DNA from: a virus
Lineage: Duplodnaviria; Caudoviricetes
Virus record (IMG/VR): IMGVR_UViG_3300031577_000005
Coordinates: 1-43,523 of that record
Length of the DNA: 43,523 bases
Direction: 5' to 3' (one strand)
Of this stretch, positions 35,943 to 43,523 are shown one piece after another. Position 1 is the stretch's first letter, and the number at the start of each line of letters is the position of its first letter. The translations under genes and the position numbers were made by a program. The notes beneath the pieces are model-generated. The model saw nothing but the letters and a program-made list of their open reading frames with translations. It searched no databases and was not told the origin of the DNA.

Positions 35943-38363
35943 TTAAACCTTTTTATATGCTTTCTGTCGTCCATAAATTTTTGAACTTTTCTTAGATCCT
36001 GGGTCGTACCTCCACCCTTTAATTCGATTCATAATACTTCTAATTTCTTTGGAATTCTTTAATTCTAAATTAGTAGGGTTGTTACCAAAACACTCTGCCC
36101 ATATTTCCATATTGCATACGCTCTCACGTTTAACAGTACCTTCCAGCCTATTCCCGAAATCGCCACCTTCTAAAAACTCTCGTCTTTCAGGAAGGTTCAT
36201 ATTCTCCCAATTGACAGGTAACAATGTTTCCAAATATTCTTCAACCATGCCTGCCTTATCTGATTGCTCAGAGTGTGCTTCTTGTCGTTCTTCTGCCATC
36301 TCACGAACTTTCTCGTTAAGGTAAATGGTTTCTCCAGCCTTGAAAAGCTCTACGGCCTCGGCCCAAATTTGGGCGACCTCTGACTTAGTTAAATCATTAA
36401 ATACATTTTTAGTAGGTTCGCACTCCAGCACAGTAATCGGCCAGAATCGCCTGCCCCCTGTATCGTCTTTAATAAAGTCTGGTTTATTTGTGGTGCCTAC
36501 AATAATACATTGCCGTGGCCTGGTTATTGTTCTCTTCGCATAAGCCGCTCGATAATAATCGTCCTGTTTACTTAGAAACTGCTTGATCGACTCATCTTCA
36601 GCTTTCGTAAATGCTTTTAGTTCGCCCATTTCGATGATCCATTTGCCCTGTATTTGTTCGCAGGCTTCTTTACCCTGAACTGTTACCAGTGAGTCGCTAT
36701 ACCATGGGCCGCCAAGTCTATTAAAAATGGTGCTTTTGCCACAGCCTTGTTTGCCGATGAGAATTGGCATTGTGTCAAACTTACAACCTGGGGTTTTTAT
36801 CCTTGCCACCGCTGCAACTAAGGTCTTTCTCGTTACCGCCCTTGTATACTCATTGTCTTCTGCGCCTAGATACGTGATGAATAAGTCATCTACTCTCTGA
36901 GTGCCGTCCCAAATCAAGCTGTCTAAGTAATCTCGTACTGGGTGAAAACTGTGATTCGTCAGGGTAGCATCTAGAGCATCATTAATTTTCCGTACCGAAT
37001 CGATTTCGTATGTTTTTTCAATGTAGTACCTTAAACAAGAGTCGTCAGCATCGGTCCAACATTCGTTTTCGGATAACTTACGCCAGGGCAAGTCCTCAAC
37101 CAAAATCGTTCGCTCGGTAAAAACATCTAAAGCAACTCTGTTTTTAATGTTTGGGTCATAGTTTAAAATAAGGTATATGTTATCAATCGTTGGTTCATAT
37201 TTACCCTGCCGATTAATAACCAATTTAGTTAGCCAATTGTTATTATCAGCATCGTTAATTTTACCGAAATCTTCCTCTACTTCTGCTAGTCGTTCCTGTC
37301 CTAGTGTCAGCTTAATATCATCAAGCCCTGTAGCGAACTCCAACATGGCCTTATAAGACGGCAAGCGGTTAACTGGTGTTCCCTGCTCTGCATTCTCATC
37401 TTCATCGCCAAACTTGTGTATCCGTACTAAATCAAAGGCATTTACCAGTAAACTGCCCACTGGATCTGTACCGTGATGGCTATAAGCAAATTTATCCTCG
37501 TAAATTACTAAACCGCCTGCCGTTGATCCTGGAATGTAGGTGTATCGTCCCAGGGCTGCGCAGGGTGTGTAAATTTCATTCAGAAAGGTATCAATCGCTG
37601 TTTGTATATCGTAAGTCCTGCAGAACGCTCCTACTACTCCCGGCTTTTCTAGCGGGTCGCCCTGCCGGTCGGCAGCCTTCTTGCGCGACTGAATAATTGT
37701 CCTGCCAGATTCTGGCCAGTTGGCTTGGTCTTTCCAGGCTTCGTCATGTCCATAACTAGCTAATACCTCGTCAGGATCGAGCCATCTCCCATCTTGCTGT
37801 TGGAAATAAAACTCCCCATCTATACTAGTGCTTGGCCAATACATTAGCCGATGTGGTTGATATGTTGTTTCGTCGAAGAGGTCCATGCCGATGCCGCTGG
37901 CAACCCATCGGCTTATCGCTTGGTACTCATCAGGATTAACTGGCCGACTAAGCGGCACGCATAACCTTAGACGAGGCTTGTCCTTCCTGTATTTATGCGT
38001 AGAGTAAACGCAAGCGGCGAAATCATTTAACAGTGTTACAGTATCCCAGAAGTCCGGCTTTGCGAAATCGGCATCCAGCGTGACCAGTTGTCTCCATACA
38101 GCGTTTTTGCTCTGCCTACGTCCACCTTTCAGCGCCCCACCTACGAATGCCCCGACATCTTTAATCGCATCCTGCTCGGTCTTGGTCATGGCATCATACT
38201 CAGCTACCGTCTCATGAGTTCGAATGGTATGGGATAGCTTACGTAGTAGGTCTGACCATAATAGCTGCTTGTTCTTCCACTCAGTCTCTTTCCGGCTTTT
38301 ACCGATCGAGATAGTTAGCTCACCGTTATACTTAACAGTTGGTTGACTCTCTGCTGCATTCAT
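35943..38363 (-). CDS. VapE/VirE-family primase-helicase
   Basis: LVTLDAD, YSTHK....PRLR (primase-like); HPVRDYL..L.WDG, GKQGCGKS Walker A, IEMGEL, GTTN, TGGRRFWP. Confidence 0.93.
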   Translation of the reverse strand: MNAAESQPTVKYNGELTISIGKSRKETEWKNKQLLWSDLLRKLSHTIRTHETVAEYDAMTKTEQDAIKDVGAFVGGALKGGRRQSKNAVWRQLVTLDADFAKPDFWDTVTLLNDFAACVYSTHKYRKDKPRLRLCVPLSRPVNPDEYQAISRWVASGIGMDLFDETTYQPHRLMYWPSTSIDGEFYFQQQDGRWLDPDEVLASYGHDEAWKDQANWPESGRTIIQSRKKAADRQGDPLEKPGVVGAFCRTYDIQTAIDTFLNEIYTPCAALGRYTYIPGSTAGGLVIYEDKFAYSHHGTDPVGSLLVNAFDLVRIHKFGDEDENAEQGTPVNRLPSYKAMLEFATGLDDIKLTLGQERLAEVEEDFGKINDADNNNWLTKLVINRQGKYEPTIDNIYLILNYDPNIKNRVALDVFTERTILVEDLPWRKLSENECWTDADDSCLRYYIEKTYEIDSVRKINDALDATLTNHSFHPVRDYLDSLIWDGTQRVDDLFITYLGAEDNEYTRAVTRKTLVAAVARIKTPGCKFDTMPILIGKQGCGKSTIFNRLGGPWYSDSLVTVQGKEACEQIQGKWIIEMGELKAFTKAEDESIKQFLSKQDDYYRAAYAKRTITRPRQCIIVGTTNKPDFIKDDTGGRRFWPITVLECEPTKNVFNDLTKSEVAQIWAEAVELFKAGETIYLNEKVREMAEERQEAHSEQSDKAGMVEEYLETLLPVNWENMNLPERREFLEGGDFGNRLEGTVKRESVCNMEIWAECFGNNPTNLELKNSKEIRSIMNRIKGWRYDPGSKKSSKIYGRQKAYKKV

Positions 38364-38364
38364 A

Positions 38365-38628
38365 TCATCTGCTTACCCTCCTCATCTCGCTTGTTAAGTT
38401 TATTAACCCACGCCGGATAACTTCGTCTTTTACGTACCACGGTAGTTTATCGAAAAAAGTTCTTAGTTCCATGCGAGGTTTAACTTGGTGCTCCAATTCT
38501 TGCCACTTTGTAGATTTGGTTGTTTTTAAGCATTTTGTGCAAAGCCAAGATATATCCTCACCAAGCGGGCCTTTAGCAGTGGCATTTGCTATTTCATTGC
38601 ATTCCGGACACTTAACCAGCTTACTCAT
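38365..38628 (-). CDS. Small zinc-finger protein
   Basis: CPEC...CTKC; SD present. Confidence 0.6.
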   Translation of the reverse strand: MSKLVKCPECNEIANATAKGPLGEDISWLCTKCLKTTKSTKWQELEHQVKPRMELRTFFDKLPWYVKDEVIRRGLINLTSEMRRVSR

Positions 38629-38642
38629 ATCTACACCGCTCC

Positions 38643-39518
38643 TTACATGTCTATTGAATCACGAAACCCCTTAAATGTTGGAAATCTGGGCTTGTCCTTA
38701 CTGCCAGTTGGAAAGTATCTATAAGTAATTACCTGGCTTAGATATTGGTCTTTATTGCGCCAGATACTATTTCGCATTTCGTCATTAAATCCAGACCCGA
38801 TATTAAATTCTACGCCAGTTTTTATATCTCGTACTTTTATATTGCCTAGTGTATCTCTGCCTTCCATTCCTGCCTTGCAGTGGCTACGTTCAATCTGCCC
38901 CAAAGCATCCCGTGTCGCCTCATTGCAATTATGCATCTGCTCCTCAAAGCCGATAATCTCAGCCTCAGAGTCTTTGAATCGCTTTAGCTTTAGCAAGTGT
39001 CCCTGCTTAACTGTACTGCGGCCGTACTTGTATGGTGCATCCGGCAACCGAAGCATTGCCCCCTCATAACCTTGCGAAAGCCATTGCTGTTCCAAGGCTT
39101 CGAGCTCCGATAAGTCGTAAATTTCTATCTGAGGTACTAAGTCGCATTCTTCACCGACTGCAAGACTTGCATCAAATATTCGGTCAGTAAATGCTGCTTT
39201 TGGATTAGAGAAATCATCAAACACGTTGAATCTTACCGCCGGTTCGCCATCTCGCGACATTACTGCGCTGGTCGTATCCCTGAACACAGTGGGACTACAT
39301 GGGTTGCCTAAAATCAACTCTCCATCGAGTCCGTTCAGTTCCTCCTTACCAAATAACTTTTGCACATGGGCGTTTGGTATTGGCTTCAGATTCCGGGACA
39401 TTACAGTTCCATCTATAATTACCGCTCTGATCCCGTCCAGCTTGGGACTAGCAATTCGCGGGAAGGCGAGTGCGTTTACATCGACTATCGTTTCTGCCAA
39501 CATTGGTTTAAAAGTCAT
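38643..39518 (-). CDS. ATP-dependent DNA ligase (minimal type)
   Basis: KPMLA, KLDGIR, LDGEL, FNVFD, EGAMLR, LLKLK, IGSGF, PRFP. Confidence 0.95.
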   Translation of the reverse strand: MTFKPMLAETIVDVNALAFPRIASPKLDGIRAVIIDGTVMSRNLKPIPNAHVQKLFGKEELNGLDGELILGNPCSPTVFRDTTSAVMSRDGEPAVRFNVFDDFSNPKAAFTDRIFDASLAVGEECDLVPQIEIYDLSELEALEQQWLSQGYEGAMLRLPDAPYKYGRSTVKQGHLLKLKRFKDSEAEIIGFEEQMHNCNEATRDALGQIERSHCKAGMEGRDTLGNIKVRDIKTGVEFNIGSGFNDEMRNSIWRNKDQYLSQVITYRYFPTGSKDKPRFPTFKGFRDSIDM

Positions 39519-39524
39519 AGGTTG

Positions 39525-39842
39525 TTATTCTCCCTCTCTGTTTATTGATCGCTCCACTTCAAACCCATTAGGATAGCGCCGTTTCAACTTGTAAATATTT
39601 TCCTCGGCAATATTCTCTAGACTGATCCCATACACCCATGCTGTTGCCGCTAAGTACCACAATACATCGCCTAATTCTTCCGTTAATTTATTCAAATTAA
39701 GATCGTGTTGATGGTACTTCACCTTTTTAATATAATCGGCGACTTCCCCAGCCTCTCCGGTTAAACCGAGGACACACATAAGTTGTGTGTCCTCACCAAG
39801 CAGCGTTCTAGTCATTAGTGCTTGATATTCGTTAAGTTTCAT
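39525..39842 (-). CDS. MazG-like nucleotide pyrophosphohydrolase
   Basis: LGLTGEAGEV...KK, EELGDVLWYL, N..KL..RYP.GF. Confidence 0.93.
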   Translation of the reverse strand: MKLNEYQALMTRTLLGEDTQLMCVLGLTGEAGEVADYIKKVKYHQHDLNLNKLTEELGDVLWYLAATAWVYGISLENIAEENIYKLKRRYPNGFEVERSINREGE

Positions 39843-39881
39843 ATTGCATCTCCCTAAATATTCGAAATCGAATATTAAAAA

Positions 39882-40340
39882 CTATAAATTTTTCTGTCTG
39901 AATCTTTCACGGTCTGACGGATAATTCCAGTCATGACCATCTTCCTGAGTGCGCCTATCGCTTAGTTCCTGCCTCTTACTATCATTAAAATTACTTACCT
40001 CACTTAGATAACCAGTAATTCTACGAATTCGGCGAATTGGTGATTTTTCATGGGTTTCGATTATTATGCCATCACCTTCAATAGTAAGGGTAATAGTGTC
40101 AATTGGCTTACTATTCTTACGCCATTCAGCTATCTCTAAGTCCACGCAATTATTGACTTCTACATCAGTCAAACTATCGTTAAAAGAAACCAGTATTCCT
40201 TTAATAACTTTTTGGTTCAAGTTTCTCACTCCCATACGATAATTCTCTTTCCAGCACATGCCCAATCGCTTTGCTTCTGGATTATTGCATTGTTTACCGT
40301 TGCACGATTCGCATATGTATGGGTTATCCATTGCACTCAC
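39882..40340 (-). CDS. Stand-alone NrdD C-terminal (glycyl-radical) domain protein; possible true start TTG 40220
   Basis: IRRITGYL....FNDSK.QE..DR matches the class III RNR C-terminus. Confidence 0.75.
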   Translation of the reverse strand: MSAMDNPYICESCNGKQCNNPEAKRLGMCWKENYRMGVRNLNQKVIKGILVSFNDSLTDVEVNNCVDLEIAEWRKNSKPIDTITLTIEGDGIIIETHEKSPIRRIRRITGYLSEVSNFNDSKRQELSDRRTQEDGHDWNYPSDRERFRQKNL

Positions 40341-40831
40341 CCCATATCTAGTTTAAATGGACTTACAATTATTCGCGGTTCAACATATACCGGCTTAACT
40401 GCTTTACTATTAGGGTCTTTTAACATTATCCAAGTTCCCTCTGCTGATTGTGGCGAATACAGCCCATTTGGGTCAGCTTGTGGTAGTACATGCGAATTTG
40501 ATCCGCTTCGATATTCAATATGTTGTGGATTTGTGTACTGCGTAGCCGCCGGGATGCCATAGCCAATAGATTCGCCTAGCAAATGTTTATTCCCATTCAT
40601 ATCTACGATATATGTATAAGTGGTCAATCCATCCTGGTCCCTTAATTCATAAATCTGTTTTAATAGTTTCTTTTCTCTAAAGTTCTGTATAGAAGGCATA
40701 CCTGTTTGGGCTATAGCTTCATTTTGTAATTGTTCCTGTTGCTGGCGCTCTCTTTCACTACTTGATTGATCGCACCCTGCAATTGTTAAGCCCATAATAC
40801 CAATTAACACCGCTATCAATAGTTTTTTCAT
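40337..40831 (-). CDS. Lipoprotein
   Basis: MKK-hydrophobic core-IAGC lipobox. Confidence 0.85.
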   Translation of the reverse strand: MKKLLIAVLIGIMGLTIAGCDQSSSERERQQQEQLQNEAIAQTGMPSIQNFREKKLLKQIYELRDQDGLTTYTYIVDMNGNKHLLGESIGYGIPAATQYTNPQHIEYRSGSNSHVLPQADPNGLYSPQSAEGTWIMLKDPNSKAVKPVYVEPRIIVSPFKLDMG

Positions 40832-41169
40832 TACCGATCACCCCTCCGCAATTTTTCAATGAATTGCCTTTGATCTGGCTGTAATTTGCTTAGGTCATAA
40901 TCGGCATATCTATGAATAATAATTGACGCTAGGGCATCTTTTTGACTATCTGTAGCTTGTACATACTGCTGCTGAAAACTAGAAATGTCCTGGGCTACTC
41001 CTTGGTTATAGGCTTTTGATTGTTCAAAAGTTTCCCTTCTTACCTGCTCTTGTGCTGGTGCAAATACTTTATATAAAAAGAAGTTGTTTCCTTGAATAAC
41101 CCATGCAATACAACACACCGCAAGCAATACTGTAATAATACTTAGAAAACCATAAAATGCGTCTTTCAT
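40831..41169 (-). CDS. Membrane-anchored helical protein
   Basis: N-terminal TM helix then Gln-rich helix; TAATG-coupled to the lipoprotein. Confidence 0.8.
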   Translation of the reverse strand: MKDAFYGFLSIITVLLAVCCIAWVIQGNNFFLYKVFAPAQEQVRRETFEQSKAYNQGVAQDISSFQQQYVQATDSQKDALASIIIHRYADYDLSKLQPDQRQFIEKLRRGDR

Positions 41170-41261
41170 CCTATTCCCTCCTGTTTATTTATTTCCCTCA
41201 CCGTCTGTACCAGTATCACCACCGCGCCGATCAGCGCCGCTAAGACTATCAGCTTAATCAT
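41166..41261 (-). CDS. 31-aa single-TM micropeptide
   Basis: MIKLIVLAALIGAVVILVQTVREINKQEGIG; SD GGGGAGG; overlaps both neighbours. Confidence 0.55.
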   Translation of the reverse strand: MIKLIVLAALIGAVVILVQTVREINKQEGIG

Positions 41262-41652
41262 TGCTGGCCTCCCCTACAGCCAATAGCGCGGCTTTGCATA
41301 CTACTCCTGGCACCGTATCACCATAAGCATGGAAATGGTCGTAGCTTTTTGTGCATGAACCGTCTGTACAGTCAGGCTTTAACTTTGCAAAACAGCAATG
41401 CTGTGTAGGCTTTTCGAATCTCCAATCATCGAGAATATTTATGGTGTATCTAAAACCTTCTATATACATCTTCTCAACAACTTCCCACGCCGCCGCAATC
41501 TCCGTACTGTGTCGTTGTATTTTTTGTTCATCGCCATTACTGTCAATATAGCAACCGATACATTCCTTATATTTAAGCCCAAATATTTTTTCAGCCACTA
41601 AAGCATCTAGTTCTCTTCCCGGCTCCATTGCCAATATCTCATCCTTAGTCAA
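41254..41652 (-). CDS. BC1872-like/phage ABA-sandwich domain protein
   Basis: GRELDALVAEKIFG, STEIAAAWEVVEK, P..VCKAALLA; probable TTG start at 41652. Confidence 0.7.
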   Translation of the reverse strand: MTKDEILAMEPGRELDALVAEKIFGLKYKECIGCYIDSNGDEQKIQRHSTEIAAAWEVVEKMYIEGFRYTINILDDWRFEKPTQHCCFAKLKPDCTDGSCTKSYDHFHAYGDTVPGVVCKAALLAVGEASND

Positions 41653-41962
41653 TACTTGTCGCCTCCTCTGCCCTTTCATACGTCGCATGGAATATATCGT
41701 TTTTTACTGGGTATCTTTCGCCTTTTATCCCGGTCACTATATAGTCTGTAGAGGTAATGTAATGCCGCCCCTCGAGTGTATTTATGTATGGCCGATAATA
41801 ATGGTGCTCCCTAGCGCATATTGCACATGCATGGTCTTTACCGCACGGCATCCTGGTACTTGGTGTTTCATACCATCCACAATATTCCGTATAGCCATCT
41901 TCCATACCCGGCTTGTATACCTCAGCTTCAACCACTACAGGCTTTTTACGCCACTTTGCCAT
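41645..41962 (-). CDS. Conserved phage protein (KKPVVVEA...TLEG...GE.YP.K.DIF..TYE family)
   Basis: Motif recognition; contains a Cys-rich insertion. Confidence 0.72.
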   Translation of the reverse strand: MAKWRKKPVVVEAEVYKPGMEDGYTEYCGWYETPSTRMPCGKDHACAICAREHHYYRPYINTLEGRHYITSTDYIVTGIKGERYPVKNDIFHATYERAEEATSID

Positions 41963-42056
41963 TTCTCACGCCCCCTTTATCGCTATTGCCACTGCTATAC
42001 CCGCGCCGATCAGCGCCAGCCAACCGGTCGGAGTGCATAGCAGGTTGTATATTATG

Positions 42057-42365
42057 TTAGTCAGTTTTTGTATTGCCGGTCGCCTCCTGTTCCAACGCTC
42101 GAATTAGCGTTTGAGAAATTCTACGCTGTCTATCAGCATCGCCAGTCCTCCTTGTTGCGGGGATACACATTGTGCCCACATTCTCTTGGGCGTGGTCACT
42201 TTTGGGGCTTAAATCGTCAATAGCAAGTTTTAATTCGCAATCAGGGTAATGTTTCATTGAAAATCCATCAGCATTCGCCTTGCAATACATACATTTTTTC
42301 CCAACAAGAATGTTAACTTTTTCGAAGTCTTGCAATAATTTTAAAATATCAGGCATTGCTTTCAC
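42057..42365 (-). CDS. Hypothetical protein with a CxxC..H..C motif (probable start 42356)
   Basis: ORF track; coupled to the upstream gene. Confidence 0.55.
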   Translation of the reverse strand: MKAMPDILKLLQDFEKVNILVGKKCMYCKANADGFSMKHYPDCELKLAIDDLSPKSDHAQENVGTMCIPATRRTGDADRQRRISQTLIRALEQEATGNTKTD

Positions 42366-42696
42366 CGTCCTTTGCCTTGGCTAGGGCTTGCTTAACAATA
42401 TCCATGGCCTTACTGTTATCGGTCATCCACATTAAATCTCTTAATCTAATTCCCTTGCCTATAATTGTGTCTAAATTAATAACATCCGGCCTATCTGTCG
42501 CTAATAGATTGTGACTTGTGTTTAAATCATGTAGTGCAATTTCCAACGCCCCACGCATAGCCGCTATTGTAGCCTGTGCCTGCTGTAACTGCTTACCCTG
42601 CTCAATTATGAAATCAACTATATTGGCTCCGCACATTTTACACTTTATAAAAGCATTTTTATGAGGTTCCCAATCATGTTTACACTCAGCCATCAC
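42349..42696 (-). CDS. Hypothetical protein (N-terminal C.H..CxxC, coiled coil)
   Basis: ORF track; SD GGAGGGCGG. Confidence 0.6.
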   Translation of the reverse strand: MMAECKHDWEPHKNAFIKCKMCGANIVDFIIEQGKQLQQAQATIAAMRGALEIALHDLNTSHNLLATDRPDVINLDTIIGKGIRLRDLMWMTDNSKAMDIVKQALAKAKDGESNA

Positions 42697-42710
42697 TTAC
42701 CGCCCTCCAA

Positions 42711-42869
42711 TCATTGTTTATAAAATGTTACCGCCTCTGCTTTACCTATAAGAACGTTCCATGCCGCTTTAATCCTATATGTAATACTCATATTTGGAAT
42801 AGGTCTAGCTATAACCCATTTTCCGTCAATGTTAACTGTAATATTTTTAAAGTTATCAATTAGATTCAT
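42711..42869 (-). CDS. 52-aa phage protein (WVIARP...RIKAAW.VL.GKAEAV)
   Basis: Hand-translated; TGATG coupling. Confidence 0.65.
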   Translation of the reverse strand: MNLIDNFKNITVNIDGKWVIARPIPNMSITYRIKAAWNVLIGKAEAVTFYKQ

Positions 42870-43015
42870 CACTTACCGCCCCTTTCTTTGTCCCAATCCA
42901 TTCCGTGATTCATGCACCATCCGTGGCTAAAAACATCTTGTTCTAGCAAATTGCAATATTCTTCATCATTATCGTAATGCTTACAGTTTTCACATTTACA
43001 TTCCCATCGTGGCAT
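42869..43015 (-). CDS. 48-aa Cys-rich protein
   Basis: MPRWECKCENCKHYDNDEEYC...WC; SD GGAGGGCGG. Confidence 0.55.
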   Translation of the reverse strand: MPRWECKCENCKHYDNDEEYCNLLEQDVFSHGWCMNHGMDWDKERGGK

Positions 43016-43030
43016 CACTTACCGCCCTCC

Positions 43031-43210
43031 TCACTTTTTGCACATTCCATATTCTTTACCGTTCCGCTCATCACGTACTATAACAAGCAAAGTACCCTTG
43101 TGATCTTTGGCTAAAAGCGCTATATTTGCATTTAAGCAAATTTCTTGTATCAGTGTTAGAGTCGCGCTAATTTCATCTTCCCTATCCTGTTCAGCCGTTA
43201 TCTTAGCCAT
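43031..43210 (-). CDS. 59-aa hypothetical protein
   Basis: MAKITAEQDREDEISATL...GKEYGMCKK; SD AAGGGGCGG. Confidence 0.55.
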   Translation of the reverse strand: MAKITAEQDREDEISATLTLIQEICLNANIALLAKDHKGTLLVIVRDERNGKEYGMCKK

Positions 43211-43416
43211 TGTCTACCGCCCCTTTCTTCAAAGCAGTCACTTTCATCTAAAAAAGCCGTACAATTAATTAAATTTTTATCTTTATAGCAATCTCCGACC
43301 GCATCCCATATAGTACCTGGTGTTGTTTCTTCCCAATGTTTACAGTTACCGCAACATTTAATGCTATCTGCATTTATTCCACAACAAAGCATTTCATCAG
43401 CCGTTATCTTAGCCAT
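43198..43416 (-). CDS. Cys-rich hypothetical protein (CCGNCKHW)
   Basis: Probable start ATG 43416 after GGGGGTG. Confidence 0.6.
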   Translation of the reverse strand: MAKITADEMLCCGINADSIKCCGNCKHWEETTPGTIWDAVGDCYKDKNLINCTAFLDESDCFEERGGRQWLR

Positions 43417-43523
43417 TATCAGCACCCCCAGGCGTACGCAGGCGGCAGAAGTCTTCCCATACACACATGCCAGGATCCGCGCATCTTGAACCGAATTTCT
43501 TATCGCATTTAAAGTATGGGTCA

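Larger units (their letters stand above)
1..43523 (-). mobile_element. Temperate myovirus-like phage/prophage (partial; both ends lie outside the window)
   Basis: Colinear minus-strand modules: early genes, replication, packaging, head, contractile tail (sheath, tube, baseplate J, gpV), fibers, lysis. Confidence 0.97.

Noticed and set aside
35943-38363. Virulence factor (VapE name)
   Set aside because: Motifs and context indicate a phage replication primase-helicase.
39882-40340. Complete anaerobic ribonucleotide reductase nrdD
   Set aside because: Far too short; only the C-terminal radical domain is present.
41254-42869. Assigning specific named anti-defence families to the small early proteins
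   Set aside because: Cannot be supported from memory without a profile or structure search.

Overview
This window holds most of a temperate, contractile-tailed (myovirus-like) phage or prophage, encoded almost entirely on the minus strand. The host is probably a Bacillota member, most likely a Negativicute; this is inferred from GGAGGTGA ribosome-binding sites, SigH-like promoters and 'F-x-LQRF' leaders. In transcription order (right to left) the window contains: an array of small early genes joined by short direct repeats; a membrane protein/lipoprotein pair; a stand-alone NrdD-type glycyl-radical domain, MazG and an ATP-dependent ligase; a VapE primase-helicase, an iteron-rich origin, VRR-NUC and SNF2; a putative late promoter and terminator; a tyrosine recombinase preceded by 16-bp inverted repeats; small and large terminase; four translationally coupled soluble GT2 glycosyltransferases between terminase and portal; a portal-MuF fusion; a 1019-aa protease-scaffold-capsid polyprotein; neck, sheath, tube, a -1 frameshifted tail chaperone, tape measure, baseplate and tail fiber; a signal-peptide-bearing beta-helix tailspike; an acyltransferase-3 moron; holin and amidase; and finally a papain-like C1A protease plus an Ig-like protein running off the left edge. 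The strongest candidate for a new system is post-translational modification of the virion: a 4-GT cassette in the head operon together with Ser/Thr-rich structural proteins (probable virion glycosylation), L27/Prp-type cleavage leaders on tail proteins, and repeated hydrophobic-x-Asp putative maturation sites in the head polyproteins. All family calls come from motif recognition by eye; no searches were run. No att sites, repressor, tRNA or CRISPR were seen.
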